The notes below the pieces were generated by a model. That model was not told where the DNA came from, made no database searches, and saw only the letters and a program-made list of their open reading frames with translations. From Terriglobia bacterium (GTDB taxonomy: Bacteria; Acidobacteriota; Terriglobia; 2-12-FULL-54-10), in assembly GCA_963666975.2 (NCBI GenBank), contig CAXVYR010000003.1, forward strand, positions 64,001-128,000: a DNA stretch of 64,000 bases, written 5' to 3'. A program made the position numbers and the translations under genes. Below, piece after piece: positions 10,772 to 23,377 of this stretch (position 1 is the stretch's first letter; every line of letters starts with the position of its first letter).

Positions 10772-12949
10772 GGGGCTGTCCTAGCTAAGGGTGATTCTGT
10801 CTCGATTTGATCCATGTCTTCAATTGGTTAAGCAGTGTCCGGTGGTTACCGCCATTGAAGCGCCATTCGCACTCCTTCAGGAAGAGGTGAAAACTCTGTT
10901 TGGGCACCCCGTTGAAGCGCCGAAGATGCCGCTTTGCCTGGTTCCAGAAGTTCTCGATCCCATTGATGTGGTTCCGTTCGTCGACGAACCGTTCCGAGTG
11001 GTTGATCCGAACATGGTGGAAGTCCGACACATCCAGAGCATCGTAGCTCGAAAAGCCATCCGTGTAGACGATGCTGTCGGGCTGGATCAGGCGCTCCATG
11101 ATCGGCATCAACGTGTCCGTACGGGCATTGGGGATCATCACCGTGTAGACCCTTCCTCCACGCTTCAAAAGCCCGAAAACCGGGACTTTCCCGCCAGCAC
11201 CACGACCGCGTTTGCCCTTGCGGCGACCACCGAAGTAACTCTCGTCCACTTCGATTTCGCCGCAAACCGAAGAGGCTTTCTGGGTCTCCTCGGCAATCAC
11301 CGTGCGAATCCGTGTATGAGGGTGTCCCATACATAGTTGAAGGTTGAACGGCGGTTCGGCCCGAATCGAATAGAATCGGGCCAAGCCTAAATCCTATAGA
11401 AGGAGAACCGCCGAATGAAGGGAAAATATCACGTTTTGGAACTGGGTTCCAAGGGAGCCGAAGAAACCATCCAGAAGTTTTGCCAAACCAACGGACAGAT
11501 GCTGTTGCCGGTGGTGGATCTGATCACGGAGGCGCGTCTGGCGGTGGATGAGGTGATTGATCGGGCCGGGCGAGGTTTGATTGAAACGATTCTGAGCATG
11601 AGCGCAGAGCAAATCGCGGGGCCAAAGAGTCCCGGGAAGGCGAGCGGAGAGGTGCGCTGGCATGGCCGGCAATTGGGGAGGGTGAAACTGGCCGATCGCC
11701 AGCTGCGGGTGGAGCGGCCGAGGCTGCGCCGGAAGGGCGGAGGGGAAGAAGCGGTGCCGGCCTACGAAGCACTGCGGAAAAGCGAGAAGACGGGCGAGGA
11801 GATGTTCGAGGCACTGTTGAAAGGGGTTTCGACGCGGAACTACCGCGAGGTGATCCCGGAGATGGCCAACAGCGCTGGGGTGTCGAAGTCTCAGGTGAGC
11901 CGGGAAGCGGCCGAGCAAGGAGCGCGGCGGCTGGAAGAACTGTTGGCGCGGCGCTGGGAGGAGGTCGAGATTCTGGTGATTTACCTGGACGGAATGCGGT
12001 TCGGCTCCCACCACGTCATCAGCGCCGTGGGCGTGGACATCGAGGGCCGCAAGCATGTGCTGGGGATTCAACTGGGCGCGACCGAAAACGCCGCTGCGGT
12101 GAAAGACCTTCTCACCCGCCTGCGCCAGCAAGGTTTGCGCACGGATCAGCGCTATCTGTTTGTGATCGACGGCGCCAAAGCGCTCCGCGCGGGGATCGAG
12201 GAAGTATTCGGCAGCAATCAGCTGGTGCAGCGTTGCCGTACTCATAAGCTGCGCAACGTGGCTGAGCGGTTACCAAAGGGCGACAAAATGCTGGCGAATC
12301 AGGTGCGGTCGCTGATGCGCGCCGCCTGGCGATTGCCCCAAGCCGAGGAAGGCATCGTGCGCATAAAAAAGCTCGCTGGGATGATCGAGTGCGATCATCC
12401 GGCAGCAGCCGCCAGCTTGCGCGAAGGGTTGGAGGAGACCTTTACGATCAATCGAGCCGACGTTCCTCCCAGCCTCCACCGCTGCCTGGCAACCACGAAC
12501 CTCATCGAGAGCCCGCAGTCGGGCGTGCGGAAAAAGACTGGCAATGTTTGCCGCTGGCGCGACGGCGAGATGACGTTGCGCTGGGTGGCAGGAGCGTTTC
12601 TGCTGACCGAGAAGAATTTCCGGAAGATCATGGGTTATCACGATCTCTGGGCTTTGGCATCGATTCTCGGCCGAAGTCCAAACGCTGCTTCCTCTCACAA
12701 GGAGAAAGTGGCGTAATATGAACTCAACCCGCCGTCCCAACCTGCAACTGAGTTTGGGACACCTTCCCGTGTATAGAACGAAGCGGCCGTGTTCCGATGA
12801 ACCCCGACAAGCTCAGCCGCCGCCCGTGCCGTCGTCCCGGCAACGAAGTGCTCCACCAACCGATCCCGCTTCGCCTTGCTCAGCCGACTACGCCGTTCGT
12901 ACATATCGCCATCCTATCCCTAAGCAATCTGCTTAGCTAGGACAGCCCC
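10772..12949 (-). mobile_element. IS1595-family element whose transposase is split by IS256
   Basis: TIR GGGGCTGTCCTAGCTAAG at both ends; N-terminal part from 12904 (MYERRSRLSK) and C-terminal part to 10785 (EVDESYFGG, YTDG, INGIENFW). Confidence 0.92.
11318..12766 (+). mobile_element. IS256-family element, transposase 11415-12716
   Basis: GVSTR, IYLDG, VIDGAKAL, QRCRTHK, TTNLIES motifs; imperfect TIRs GAGGGTGTCCCA/GAAGGTGTCCCA; exact 8-bp TSD CCGTGTAT at 11310-11317 and 12767-12774. Confidence 0.95.
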
Positions 12950-12974
12950 TTTTTCAATTAGGCGAGAGTAATCC

Positions 12975-15900
12975 GTGCTCATATCCCCAGGTGCCCAGGC
13001 TCTTGCCAACCCGTGTGGCGTAGGTCCAAGGAATTTGGATTTGTGCAACCACATCCTGTGTCGGCTGAGTGTCCTGGGACTTGTGGTCATTCTTCACTTT
13101 TTCCTCGCAACTCCTCCTTCCTTGGCGCAGGGCATCACTCCACAAAGCATCATCACGACGGTGGCAGGCACCACTTGGACCTTTCGGGGCGACGGCGGGC
13201 AGGCGATCAATGCGCCCCTGGGGTTTGTCTCGGGAATTGTGATGGACACAGCCGGGAATCTGTTCGCCGCTGATACAGGCAACCACCTGGTGGTGAAGAT
13301 CTCCCCGACAGGGATCCTCACCGTGGTGGCGGGCAATGGTATCCGTGGGTTTTCCGGCGATGGCGAGCAGGGCACCAGTGCCTCGCTGAATAACCCCCAA
13401 GGTGTGGCGGTAGATGCGGCCGGCAACCTTTACGTCTCCGACATGAGTAACAACCGCATCCGTAAGATCAGCCCCGGCGGGATTATTTCCACTGTGGCTG
13501 GGAATGGAGAACAAGGCTTTTCTGGCGATGAAGGCCCCGCCACCAGCGCCTCCCTGAATCTACCCCGCGGTGTGGTGGTGGATGCGACCGGCAATCTCTA
13601 CATCGCCGACACGATCAACAACCGCATTCGCTTGGTCAGCCCCGACGAGATTATCTCCACCGTGGCCGGGAATGGGGAACGAGGCTTTTCTGGCGACGAA
13701 GGCCTTGCCACCAGCGCCTTCCTGAATCGACCCTTTGGGATCGCGATGGATGTGGTCGGCAACCTCTACGTCGCCGACAGGGATAACAACCGCATCCGCA
13801 AGGTCAACCCCGACAGGATTATTTCCACCGTGGCTGGGAACGGGGAACGGGGCTTTTCCGGCGATGAAGGCCCCGCCACCAGCGCATCCCTAAATCTACC
13901 CCGTGGTGTGGCGGTGGATGCGACCGGCAACCTTTACGTCGCCGACAGGAATAACAACCGCATCCGCAAAATCAGCCCCGGCTGGATCATCACTACTGTG
14001 GCCGGCACCGGAGATGCGAGCTTTTCCGGCGATGGAGGATTGGCCACCAGCGCCTTTCTGGATCTACCCCAAGGTGTGGCGGTGGATGCGACCGGCAACC
14101 TCTACATCGCCGACACGATCAACAACCGCATTCGCTTGGTCAGCCCCGACGAGATTATTAGCACCGTGGCTGGCAACGGAACATTCAAATTCGGAGCTGA
14201 CGGAGGGCCGGCCACTAGCGCTCTACTGAATATTCCCGCTAGTGTGGCCTTAGATGCAGCGCGCAACCTCTACATCGCCGACCAGGTTAACCACCGCATC
14301 CGCAAGGTCAACCCCGACGGGATTATTTCCACCGTGGCCGGGAACGGGGAACGGGGCTTTTCCGGCGATGGCGGGCCGGCTACCGACGCCAAACTGAATT
14401 TTCCCTTGGGTGTGGCGGTGGATGTGACCGGCAACTTCTACGTCGCCGACAGGTTCAACAACCGCATTCGCATGATCAGCCCCGACGTGATTATCTCCAC
14501 CGTGGCCGGGAATGGGGAACGGGGTTTTTCCGGCGATGGCGGACTGGCTATCGACGCTGAACTAAATCTCCCCTCGGGTGTGGCGGTAGGTACGGCCGGT
14601 AACCTTTACATTGCTGACGCGAATAACCACCGCATCCGCAAGGTCGGCTCCGACGTGACGATCACCACCAAGGCCGGGAATGGGGAACGGGGCTTTTCCG
14701 GCGATGGCGGGCTGGCTATCGACGCTGAACTAAATCTACCCCGTGGTGTGGCGGTGGATGCGACCGGCAACCTTTACATTGCTGACGCGAATAACCACCG
14801 CATCCGCAAGGTCGGCTCCGACGTGACGATCACCACCAAGGCCGGGAATGGGGAACGGGGCTTTTCCGGCGATGGCGGGCTGGCTATCGACGCTGAACTA
14901 AATCTACCCCGTGGTGTGGCGGTGGATGCGACCGGTAACCTCTACATCGCCGACACGATCAACAACCGCATTCGCTTGGTCAGCCCCGACGAGATTATCT
15001 CCACTGTGGCCGGAACCGGAGAAGCGAGCTTTTCCGGCGATGGTGGGCTGGCCACTAGCGCTTCCCTAAATCTACCCCGCGGGGTGGCGGTGGATACGGC
15101 CGGTAACCTGTACCTTGCTGATACGGATAACGATCGTATCCGGGTTGTACTGGCGGCCTCGCCTTCCTACCTCGTTTTGCCGGAAGTTTTGAGCTTCTCT
15201 TCTCAGGCGGGTGGGTTGCCATCCACGCCGCAGAATATTACCGTCTCCGGCTCGGTTCCCAGCATTCCGTTTTCCATTAGTCTAAACACTACCAGTGGTG
15301 ATGCGTGGCTGGCGGCAACTCCCTTGAACGGATCGATGCCGACCACAGTGGAGATTACTGCGGACCCCGCACAGCTCACTCCCGGCACCTATTCAGGAAC
15401 TGTGAACATTACGGCACTGAATGCAGATCCAGCGATGCGGATGGTCATGGTGACGTTCAACGTGGAGACGGCAGCGGAACCCAACCTGGCGGTGAGACCC
15501 AGGAGCAGAACCCTCTCGTTTGTGCAGGGCGACGAGGCAAGGAGAAGGCAGATCAAGGTTCTTAATCAGGGGGGCGGCTCGTTAGACTTTCAGGTCACGG
15601 CCACCACCGCCTCCGGCGGCCCCTGGCTGACGGTCGAAACCGAGAGCGGCACTGCCACGCTGGCGGACCCTGTCTTTGTGCCCGTGACGATTGACCCCAG
15701 TGGATTGGATGTCGGCACATACACTGGGCGCATCACGGTTTTCAGTTCCACCACCAACCAGAGCATTGATGTGCCTGTCACAATCACCATAAGCGCGATT
15801 GAGCAGTCCTCCATCCTGCTCTCCCAGACCGGTTTGACCTTTACGGCGGTGGCCAACGGAGGTCGGGTGCCGCCGCAGACCTTTGAGGTGTTGAACTCCG

Positions 15901-16886
15901 GACAGGGTGTGATGGAATGGTCGGTGAGCACCTCGACGCTCTCAGGCGGTCCAAGCTGGCTGACGGTGAGCCCCACCAACGACTCCACCGACGCAGCCTC
16001 CTCGAATATTCCACAGCTGGAAGCCAGCATCCGTCCAGAGGGACTGGCGGCAGGAGAATACTACGGTCAGGTGCAGGTATCCTCGCCCACGGCCGACAAC
16101 TCCCCCCAGGTTGTTTCTATCGTCCTGAACGTTCTGCCCGCAGGCAGCAACCCTGGACCGATCGTGCGCCCGACCGGAGTGATCTTCACCGCCGAGGCCG
16201 GTGAGACTTCGCCCGGCTCTCAGAACGTGTTTGTCTCCAACCTTGCTGCCAGTCCGACCAACTTTGCCTCGGGGCGGGTGACTTTTGATGGAGTGGATTG
16301 GTTCGTCCACCTCCCCACCAACGCTACAGTAGCCCCAGACCGGCCGAGCCGGATCGTGGTGCAGCCCGAACTCAGCGGGCTGGAGGCTGGCATCCGGCGA
16401 GGAGTGTTGACACTGTTATTCCAGGATGGCACTGTCCGGACGGTGAGGTTGTTATTCGTATTGACCGCCGGCGCAGGGGCGCAGCAGCAAGCATTTCCGG
16501 CGCAAAGCACCTGTACGCCGACGGAATTGCTCCCTGTTTTCACCTTATTGCCGGATCAGTTCAACGTGCCTGCCGCGTGGCCAACCCCGGTGGAGGTGCG
16601 GGTGGTGGATGACTGTGGCAACCCGATGGTCAGCGGGTCCGTGCTGGCGACTTTCTCCAACGGCGATCCTCCGCTGAGCCTGGTCCCCCTGCGCGATGGG
16701 CGATGGAGCGGAACCTGGCAGGCCCGCAATGCCGGAGTAGCTGCGGTCACAATCACGGTGACGGCAGCGATCCCCGGCACGACGTTGCAGGGAACGGCCG
16801 ATCTGGTGGGAGGACTTCAGGCCAATCCGACTATTCCTCAGGTGGGAGAGGGAGCGGTGGTGAGTGCGGCAAGTTTCGCACCGCAG
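12975..16886 (+). CDS. Secreted NHL-repeat (teneurin-like) + BACON/Ig-like protein; TIGR03437-type C-terminal domain removed by IS3
   Basis: Signal peptide; 12 repeats of about 56 aa (TVAGNG..GFSGDGG..P.GVAVD..GNLYIAD..NNRIR); WL.V/GTYTG BACON-like units; VVSAASF directly before the IS end. Confidence 0.85.
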
Positions 16887-18398
16887 TGTGCCCCGTCAGG
16901 GCTTGTTGGACAGGTAGAGGGTAATAGTTAAGGTGATGTTTTTGGCTCATCGTAGAGACTGAAAGGAACGAAGATGAGACAAAAACAAGACGACAGGGGG
17001 GCGGTCGAGAAGGCCGTCCGGGAGATCAAACGCAGGACGCGGCGCAGGTTCAGCCCGGAAGACAAAATCCGCATTGTATTGCAGGGACTTCGCGGCGAGG
17101 ACAGCATCGCGGAGCTGTGCCGCCGCGAGGGGCTGCACCAGAACCAGTATTACCGCTGGAGCAAGGAGTTTCTGGAGGCTGGCCGCAAGCGGCTGGCGGG
17201 CGACATAGACCGTGAGGCAACCAGTGGCGAAGTCAAGACTCTGCGGGAGCAGGCCGTACAGCTGAAAGAGGCCCTGGCCGAGGCTATGCTGGAAAATCGC
17301 CTGCTAAAAAAAAGCGTGATCGGGGATGGGGAGGAAAATACATGAGATACCCTGCCTCGGAGAAGCTGGAGATCATCTGCACGGTGGAGCAATCTGCCCT
17401 GGGGGTGCGCCGGACGCTGCAGCAGGTTGGCATTCCCAGATCGACGTTTTACAACTGGTACGACCGCTATGTGTCGGAAGGCTTTGATGGGCTGGAAGAC
17501 AAAAAACCCGATCCTGGCCCTGTCTGGAACAAGGTGCCGGAGGAGATAACTCAGCAGTTGGTGACGTTAGCCCTGGCCGAGCCCGATCTGTCGTCACGCG
17601 AGCTGGCGGTGCGTTTTACCGAGGAAAGGCGGTATTACCTTTCTGAATCGACGGTTTACCGCGTCCTGAAAAGCCATGACCTGATTACCGCGCCAGCCTT
17701 TATTGTCCTGAAAGCGGCGGAACGGTTCGCCAACCCGACCACGGCGGTCAACCAGCTCTGGCAGACCGACTTCACCTACCTGAAAGTCATCGGTTGGGGC
17801 TGGTTCTACCTGTCCACGGTGCTGGACGACTTCTCGCGCTATATCATCGCCTGGCGGCTGTGCAAAACCATGAGCGCAAGTGACGTCTCGGCCCCGTTGC
17901 GGGATGCTTTGCAAGCCACCGGCCTCGACCGCGTGGGCGCCCGGCACAGACCTCGCCTCCTGAGCGACAACGGGCCGTGCTACGTCTCTTCCGAACTGCA
18001 ATCATGGCTGGCAGAAAACAGCGTGCCGCATACTCGCGGCAAGCCCTATCACCCCATGACGCAGGGCAAGATCGAACGCTGGCACCGAACTCTGAAAGAC
18101 CGCATCCTGCTCAACAACTATTACCTGCCAGAAGAGCTGGAGCGGCAGATCGATGCCTTCGTCAACCACTACAACACCAACCGATACCATGAAAGCCTGA
18201 ACAACCTGACACCGTATGACGTTTTTACAGGCCAAGGCAGTGCCATCCTGCAAAAACGGGATCGCATCAAAGAGAAAACTATGATCTTAAGAAAACGGTT
18301 GCACTTCAAAAGAAGGGCAGCCTAACATCAACCCAGAGGAGCCTGAACGCCACCTTATCTTTTTATGCTCTGTGTCCAACATTATCTGACGACGTACA
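16887..18398 (+). mobile_element. IS3-family element (orfA 16974-17345, orfB 17342-18325; probable -1 frameshift)
   Basis: TG...CA ends with 26-bp imperfect TIR (TGTGCCCCGTCAG..TGTTGGACA); A8-G slippery run near 17305; WQTDFT, LSDNG, GKIERW DDE motifs; no TSD. Confidence 0.93.
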
Positions 18399-18901
18399 GT
18401 TTGCCCGGACACCTTTGTCTCGACGCCGTATGTTCCCAGGGCCTTTCCCTTCGGAGCCAGGGAAGAGCGTTTGCCGTTTTCGACTTTATAGAGGACTACG
18501 TTGTCCTCCAGCGCATTGGCGCGGACGATGTAGTAGTTATTCTCGTCCAGGTAACGCCATACCAGGCCGCCGGAAGCATCCACCTCGCCCGAGACCGGCT
18601 TTAATTTCACGCGCAGGTCACCATTCTTGCAACTCACTTTGTTGAAGACCGCCAGCGGGTAACGCCCACGCGTGCTGTCGGAGGAAAGCTGTGCCAGCAC
18701 ATTGGGCTTGCTCGGCGCCGTGTCGTTTCTGACGATCTCCCACCGGGCCAGCCCACCGCTGTGGGTCATCGCCGAGGACCAACCTGAAGGCAGGGAACCG
18801 ATGGAGTCCGAGTCGAAGTGGATTGTCTCTGCCTGAGCGGCTCCAAACATCAGGAATACCAATGCTGCCAGCAACAAAAATGCGGCACATAAGTTGTTCA
18901 T
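18399..18901 (-). pseudogene. Secreted concanavalin/DUF1080-like protein, 3'-truncated by IS3
   Basis: Signal peptide; GGLVWRYLDENNYYIVRANALE motif; reading frame runs into the IS3 end. Confidence 0.6.
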
Positions 18902-19008
18902 GGTTACCTTCCGGCTATCGATATTATCCGCCACGCTCCCCAATCTAACAGGAATTAACTTTTGGGCCTTACGGCGGTTCAGTTGGCAGGCAGCCGCCGC
19001 TTTAGCTC

Positions 19009-20124
19009 GGCGCTGTTGCACGATTCAACCTTGGCGCGAGTCAGGCCGTTTTCCCAACCCCTCGTTCATGACACCACGGCGTAGGACTTCGGCCTGCCGA
19101 GCTCGGCCATCCGGTTGAGGATGTGACACCCGATCGTGGTCTCTTTCCTTTGCGCATTGCTGTTCCTCGCCTTCAGGCTTCCTCCGAGCACTGACTTGTA
19201 TCGGAAGAACCCGTTCTCAACGCGCGCCTGCTGTCGGTAGCCCGACTCCTTCTGCCACTCTCGTCGTCCGATCTTACGAACTCTCTGAAGAGCCGCTTCT
19301 CGTTGCGCCCACGGGCCGTCCGTGGGCCCCGCGGACACCGCACAGCGACGAGGGGGGATCACGATCACGACGTCCTCTGTACCGGCCGCGCCGACCCGAT
19401 CGTAGATCGCCCTGTTGTCGTAGGCCCCGTCCGCCGTGAAACGCCGGATGGGAGCCTCGATCTGGTCGAGCAGATCCGGCAGGGCGGAGGCGTCGTCCCC
19501 GCTGCTCGTCGTGAGTTCGGCCGCCACAATGAACCCCTCGTCATCCACTCCGATGTGCAGCTTTCGCCAGTCCCGGCGTTTCTTGGATGCCTTGTACTTG
19601 TGCGAATTCCATTCGCCGCAACCCAGGATCTTGAGCCCCGTGGAATCGACGATCAAGTGGATCGGGCCGTCGTGGGCTCGGGTTAGAGGCGGCACCTCAA
19701 CGATTTGGTTCCGGCGCGAGAGTGTGGTGTGGTCCGGGGCCTTGAGGTCGAGGCCCATCAAGCTGAGCAGCGAGTCCAGGAAACCCTCGGTCTGGCGAAG
19801 CGGCAGGTGGAAGACGACCCGCAGCGTCAACGCGGTCAAGATCGCGAGGTTCGAGTACCGCCGCTGGCCTCCGCGGAGACCGTTCTTCGCCGGTGTCCAC
19901 GCGGCGATCGCCTCCTCGCTCAGCCAGATCGTGACGTCGCCGCGGCTCCTGAGGCCCCGCTCGTACTCCCTCCAGTTCCGGATTCTGCATTTCGTCTTGT
20001 ACTTGCGGTTGACTCGGCTCGACTTCCCTGCGGCCATGACGTTGCCCCCCTTGATCTCCATGATGGATCGGGACACCGAGCCAATGCTAGCGGGGGAGCC
20101 GAGGACGATTCATGCACCAACGCC
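19009..20124 (-). mobile_element. IS5-family (IS903-like) element, copy 1; transposase 19066-20076
   Basis: TIRs GGCGCTGTTGCA/GGCGTTGGTGCA; LIVDSTGLK, WRKLH, ADGAYD, GYRQQARVE; 1116 bp. Confidence 0.93.
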
Positions 20125-21026
20125 CACCGCGGCACCGGAACCAGGAAGTTCCGTCGCGCATATCCGATCAGTCCCTCGACCTTCCCCTTGTCGTTTCCCT
20201 TGCCAGGTCGCCCGAACCGCTCCTGGAACGGGTAGTGGCTCTGCAACTCCGAAAATGCTTGCGTCTTCTTCCTCCTCCCGTCTCCCAGGATCTGCGCCAC
20301 CGCCAGCTTCGTGTTGTCGTACACGATGGTTCGCGGCACTCCGCCAAAATAGGCGAACGCCTGGTTGTGCCCCTCCAAGAACGCCTCCGTCGTCTCGGCC
20401 GGAAATCCCATTACGAAGCAGTCGTCCGATTGTGGCAGATCGATCACCAGATAGTGTGCCTTCTGCTCCTCTCCGCCGATCACCACTAATGCTTCCCCGA
20501 AGTCCGCCTGGGCGTCTCCCGGAGGATGTTCCAGCGGCACGAACATCTCCCGCTGGCTCATCTTCCGCAGACGCACGTAATCCTTCACGATGGTGTATCC
20601 ACCGCCAAATCCGTGCTCCTCTCGTAATCGTTCGTAGATTCGTTTCGCGGTGTGGCGCTGTTTCCGGGGACGCTCTCGATCCTCCTCCAGGATCTGGTCA
20701 ATCACCCCCACCCACGGATCCAGCTTCGGCCGCTTCGCCGGTTGTCGCCGCCGATACCCCGGCGGGACCGAATACCGCATCATCTTTCGGACCGTCTCTC
20801 GGGCCAGCCCAAACTCCCGGGCTACCTCCCGCTCACTCATCCCCTCAACCTGAACTGCTCGCCGAACTCGTGCATAGATCTCCACTGTGTACATCCCTCC
20901 GGTATCTCACAAAACACTCAGCCCTCGGACTGCTTTGTGAGATTGTCTTCCGGCGGTCTGCTTTTACTCCGCCAGGGACCGCCGCTAACGCGGCCTTCCT
21001 GGCCTATTTTCTCTCCGGCGTTCTCA
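20125..21026 (-). mobile_element. istA: IS21-family element: left end plus truncated istA (starts 20894)
   Basis: MYTVEIYARVRRAV.., QADFG, VYDN, DKGKVEG; TG-initiated end at 21026; cut by IS5; istB absent. Confidence 0.88.
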
Positions 21027-21556
21027 CCCCCCCGGAAAAAGTTGGAGTGGGGGGCTCGACGGCCTCCCCGCGATCTATCAATGCCTGAACGAAACGATGT
21101 GCCCGGTTGGCCCGCGCGTCGAAATAGTCACAGAACTGCGCCCGCGTAAAGACGCCACTGTGCAGACAAACCAGCGCGATCCACTCGGCCTCCGGCCCGG
21201 TCCAGCCGAAAGGCTCTAACGACTTTTCTCGATCATGAAGATGGTCGATTATTGCTACCTGCCGGTCGCTAAAACTTGGTTGCTTCGGAGACAGGTGATG
21301 ATGATTCCAGGGTTGAACACCATCAATTCGGTTGGGATTTCATCCAGGAACATGAACTGCTTGGAGACTGTCCAGCGTTCGCGCTGGCTCTCGACCGCAT
21401 TCACCAGGCGCACCAGGTCGAAGTCTGCCGCTGGTTGCCCGAATCAACGATAAGGAGTGGTAGAGGTTGTCGGCATTGCAGTCTGGCTTGACAGGGTCGA
21501 TCACTGCGCGGCAGCATCCAGTTCCCCTGGAGGCAAGGAGGAGAACACCGGATCGG

Positions 21557-22672
21557 GGCGCTGTTGCACGATTCAACCTTGGCGCGAGTCAGGCCGTTTT
21601 CCCAACCCCTCGTTCATGACACCACGGCGTAGGACTTCGGCCTGCCGAGCTCGGCCATCCGGTTGAGGATGTGACACCCGATCGTGGTCTCTTTCCTTTG
21701 CGCGTTGCTGTTCCTCGCCTTCAGGCTTCCTCCGAGCACTGACTTGTATCGGAAGAACCCGTTCTCAACGCGCGCCTGCTGTCGGTAGCCCGACTCCTTC
21801 TGCCACTCTCGTCGTCCGATCTTACGAACTCTCTGAAGAGCCGCTTCTCGTTGCGCCCACGGGCCGTCCGTGGGCCCCGCGGACACCGCACAGCGACGAG
21901 GGGGGATCACGATCACGACGTCCTCTGTACCGGCCGCGCCGACCCGATCGTAGATCGCCCTGTTGTCGTAGGCCCCGTCCGCCGTGAAACGCCGGATGGG
22001 AGCCTCGATCTGGTCGAGCAGATCCGGCAGGGCGGAGGCGTCGTCCCCGCTGCTCGTCGTGAGTTCGGCCGCCACAATGAACCCCTCGTCATCCACTCCG
22101 ATGTGCAGCTTTCGCCAGTCCCGGCGTTTCTTGGATGCCTTGTACTTGTGCGAATTCCATTCGCCGCAACCCAGGATCTTGAGCCCCGTGGAATCGACGA
22201 TCAAGTGGATCGGGCCGTCGTGGGCTCGGGTTAGAGGCGGCACCTCAACGATTTGGTTCCGGCGCGAGAGTGTGGTGTGGTCCGGGGCCTTGAGGTCGAG
22301 GCCCATCAAGCTGAGCAGCGAGTCCAGGAAACCCTCGGTCTGGCGAAGCGGCAGGTGGAAGACGACCCGCAGCGTCAACGCGGTCAAGATCGCGAGGTTC
22401 GAGTACCGCCGCTGGCCTCCGCGGAGACCGTTCTTCGCCGGTGTCCACGCGGCGATCGCCTCCTCGCTCAGCCAGATCGTGACGTCGCCGCGGCTCCTGA
22501 GGCCCCGCTCGTACTCCCTCCAGTTCCGGATTCTGCATTTCGTCTTGTACTTGCGGTTGACTCGGCTCGACTTCCCTGCGGCCATGACGTTGCCCCCCTT
22601 GATCTCCATGATGGATCGGGACACCGAGCCAATGCTAGCGGGGGAGCCGAGGACGATTCATGCACCAACGCC
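21557..22672 (-). mobile_element. IS5-family element, copy 2; transposase 21614-22624
   Basis: Same length and identical protein to copy 1; one synonymous SNP seen. Confidence 0.93.
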
Positions 22673-22885
22673 CCTTAGTTCCGCTATTTCAACTTCCAGG
22701 AGGAAAAGCTCATGTTCCAGGTAACCCAGATCGCGGTTGTACTTCGCCAGGAGTACGTCGCGCTCTCCGTAAAGCAGAAATTCATGCTCTTCGATGAGCA
22801 CGCTCAGGTTTTCGCGCAATGCATCGATTTCTCTGAGCTTGGAGGAGAAATCAGGGTGCCGAATTAGATCGCTCTTCACAACCAC
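22673..22885 (-). pseudogene. N-terminal fragment of a coiled-coil protein truncated by IS5
   Basis: ORF with AGGTG RBS (..LGYLEHELFLLEVEIAELR) that runs into the IS end. Confidence 0.5.
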
Positions 22886-23265
22886 GCATCACCTATAAAT
22901 AAACCATAGTAATAGAGATACTAGAGCTGGTCCACTATCATCCCTTCGTTGTACCCCTCTTTTTGAACGGGAATCCATTGGACACTCGAAGTCGTCTGCG
23001 GACAGGTTGTCAAGCGATCACCCTTGGAGTCCGCGAGTCCGAGGCTGCCGAGTGGGGTAGCAATCTCCCGCGTAGGCGATCTTTAAACAGAGCATCTGCC
23101 CACGGCAGACGCTCATAGGAACCTCCTGCTGTGCCAAATATGTGTCAGAAATGCAAGTTAAGCAGCCAAAAAGGGTTATGTGCTGAGCGAAAGCAGAGTC
23201 CCTGAATGGGTGTAAAGCTATGGAAAATAAGGGAGAGAGTGAAAGGAGAAGAGGAGAGGTAACCA

Positions 23266-23304
23266 CTTAGAAGGCAGATGCTCTATCCACTGAGCTACGC
23301 GCCC
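23266..23304 (-). tRNA. tRNA-Arg(UCU), 5' half only (att-like fragment)
   Basis: GGGCGCGTAGCTCAGTGGATAGAGCATCTGCCTTCTAAG gives acceptor 5' strand, D-arm and anticodon loop CTTCTAA; no T-arm follows; extended -10 TGCTATACT upstream. Confidence 0.85.
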
Positions 23305-23377
23305 CGCAGTTCAGTATAGCAGTCCTCTCGGCGACGCCTAAAAGCTCACGAAAAAAACGGCTGCCGGAGGAGGCCGC

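Noticed and set aside
13150-15150. Diversity-generating retroelement repeats
   Set aside because: Differences between units are not adenine-specific and no reverse transcriptase is present
19436-21088. 550-aa plus-strand ORF and similar long antisense ORFs (e.g. 46525-47556, 58177-59304)
   Set aside because: Shadow frames of high-GC genes that have clear homologs on the opposite strand
21027-21556. Cargo gene between IS21 and IS5 copy 2
   Set aside because: Only short, stop-interrupted frames without recognisable motifs
22900-23266. Group I intron in tRNA-Arg
   Set aside because: No recognisable P/Q/R/S core and no 3' exon found downstream; the break at the loop edge fits an att site better
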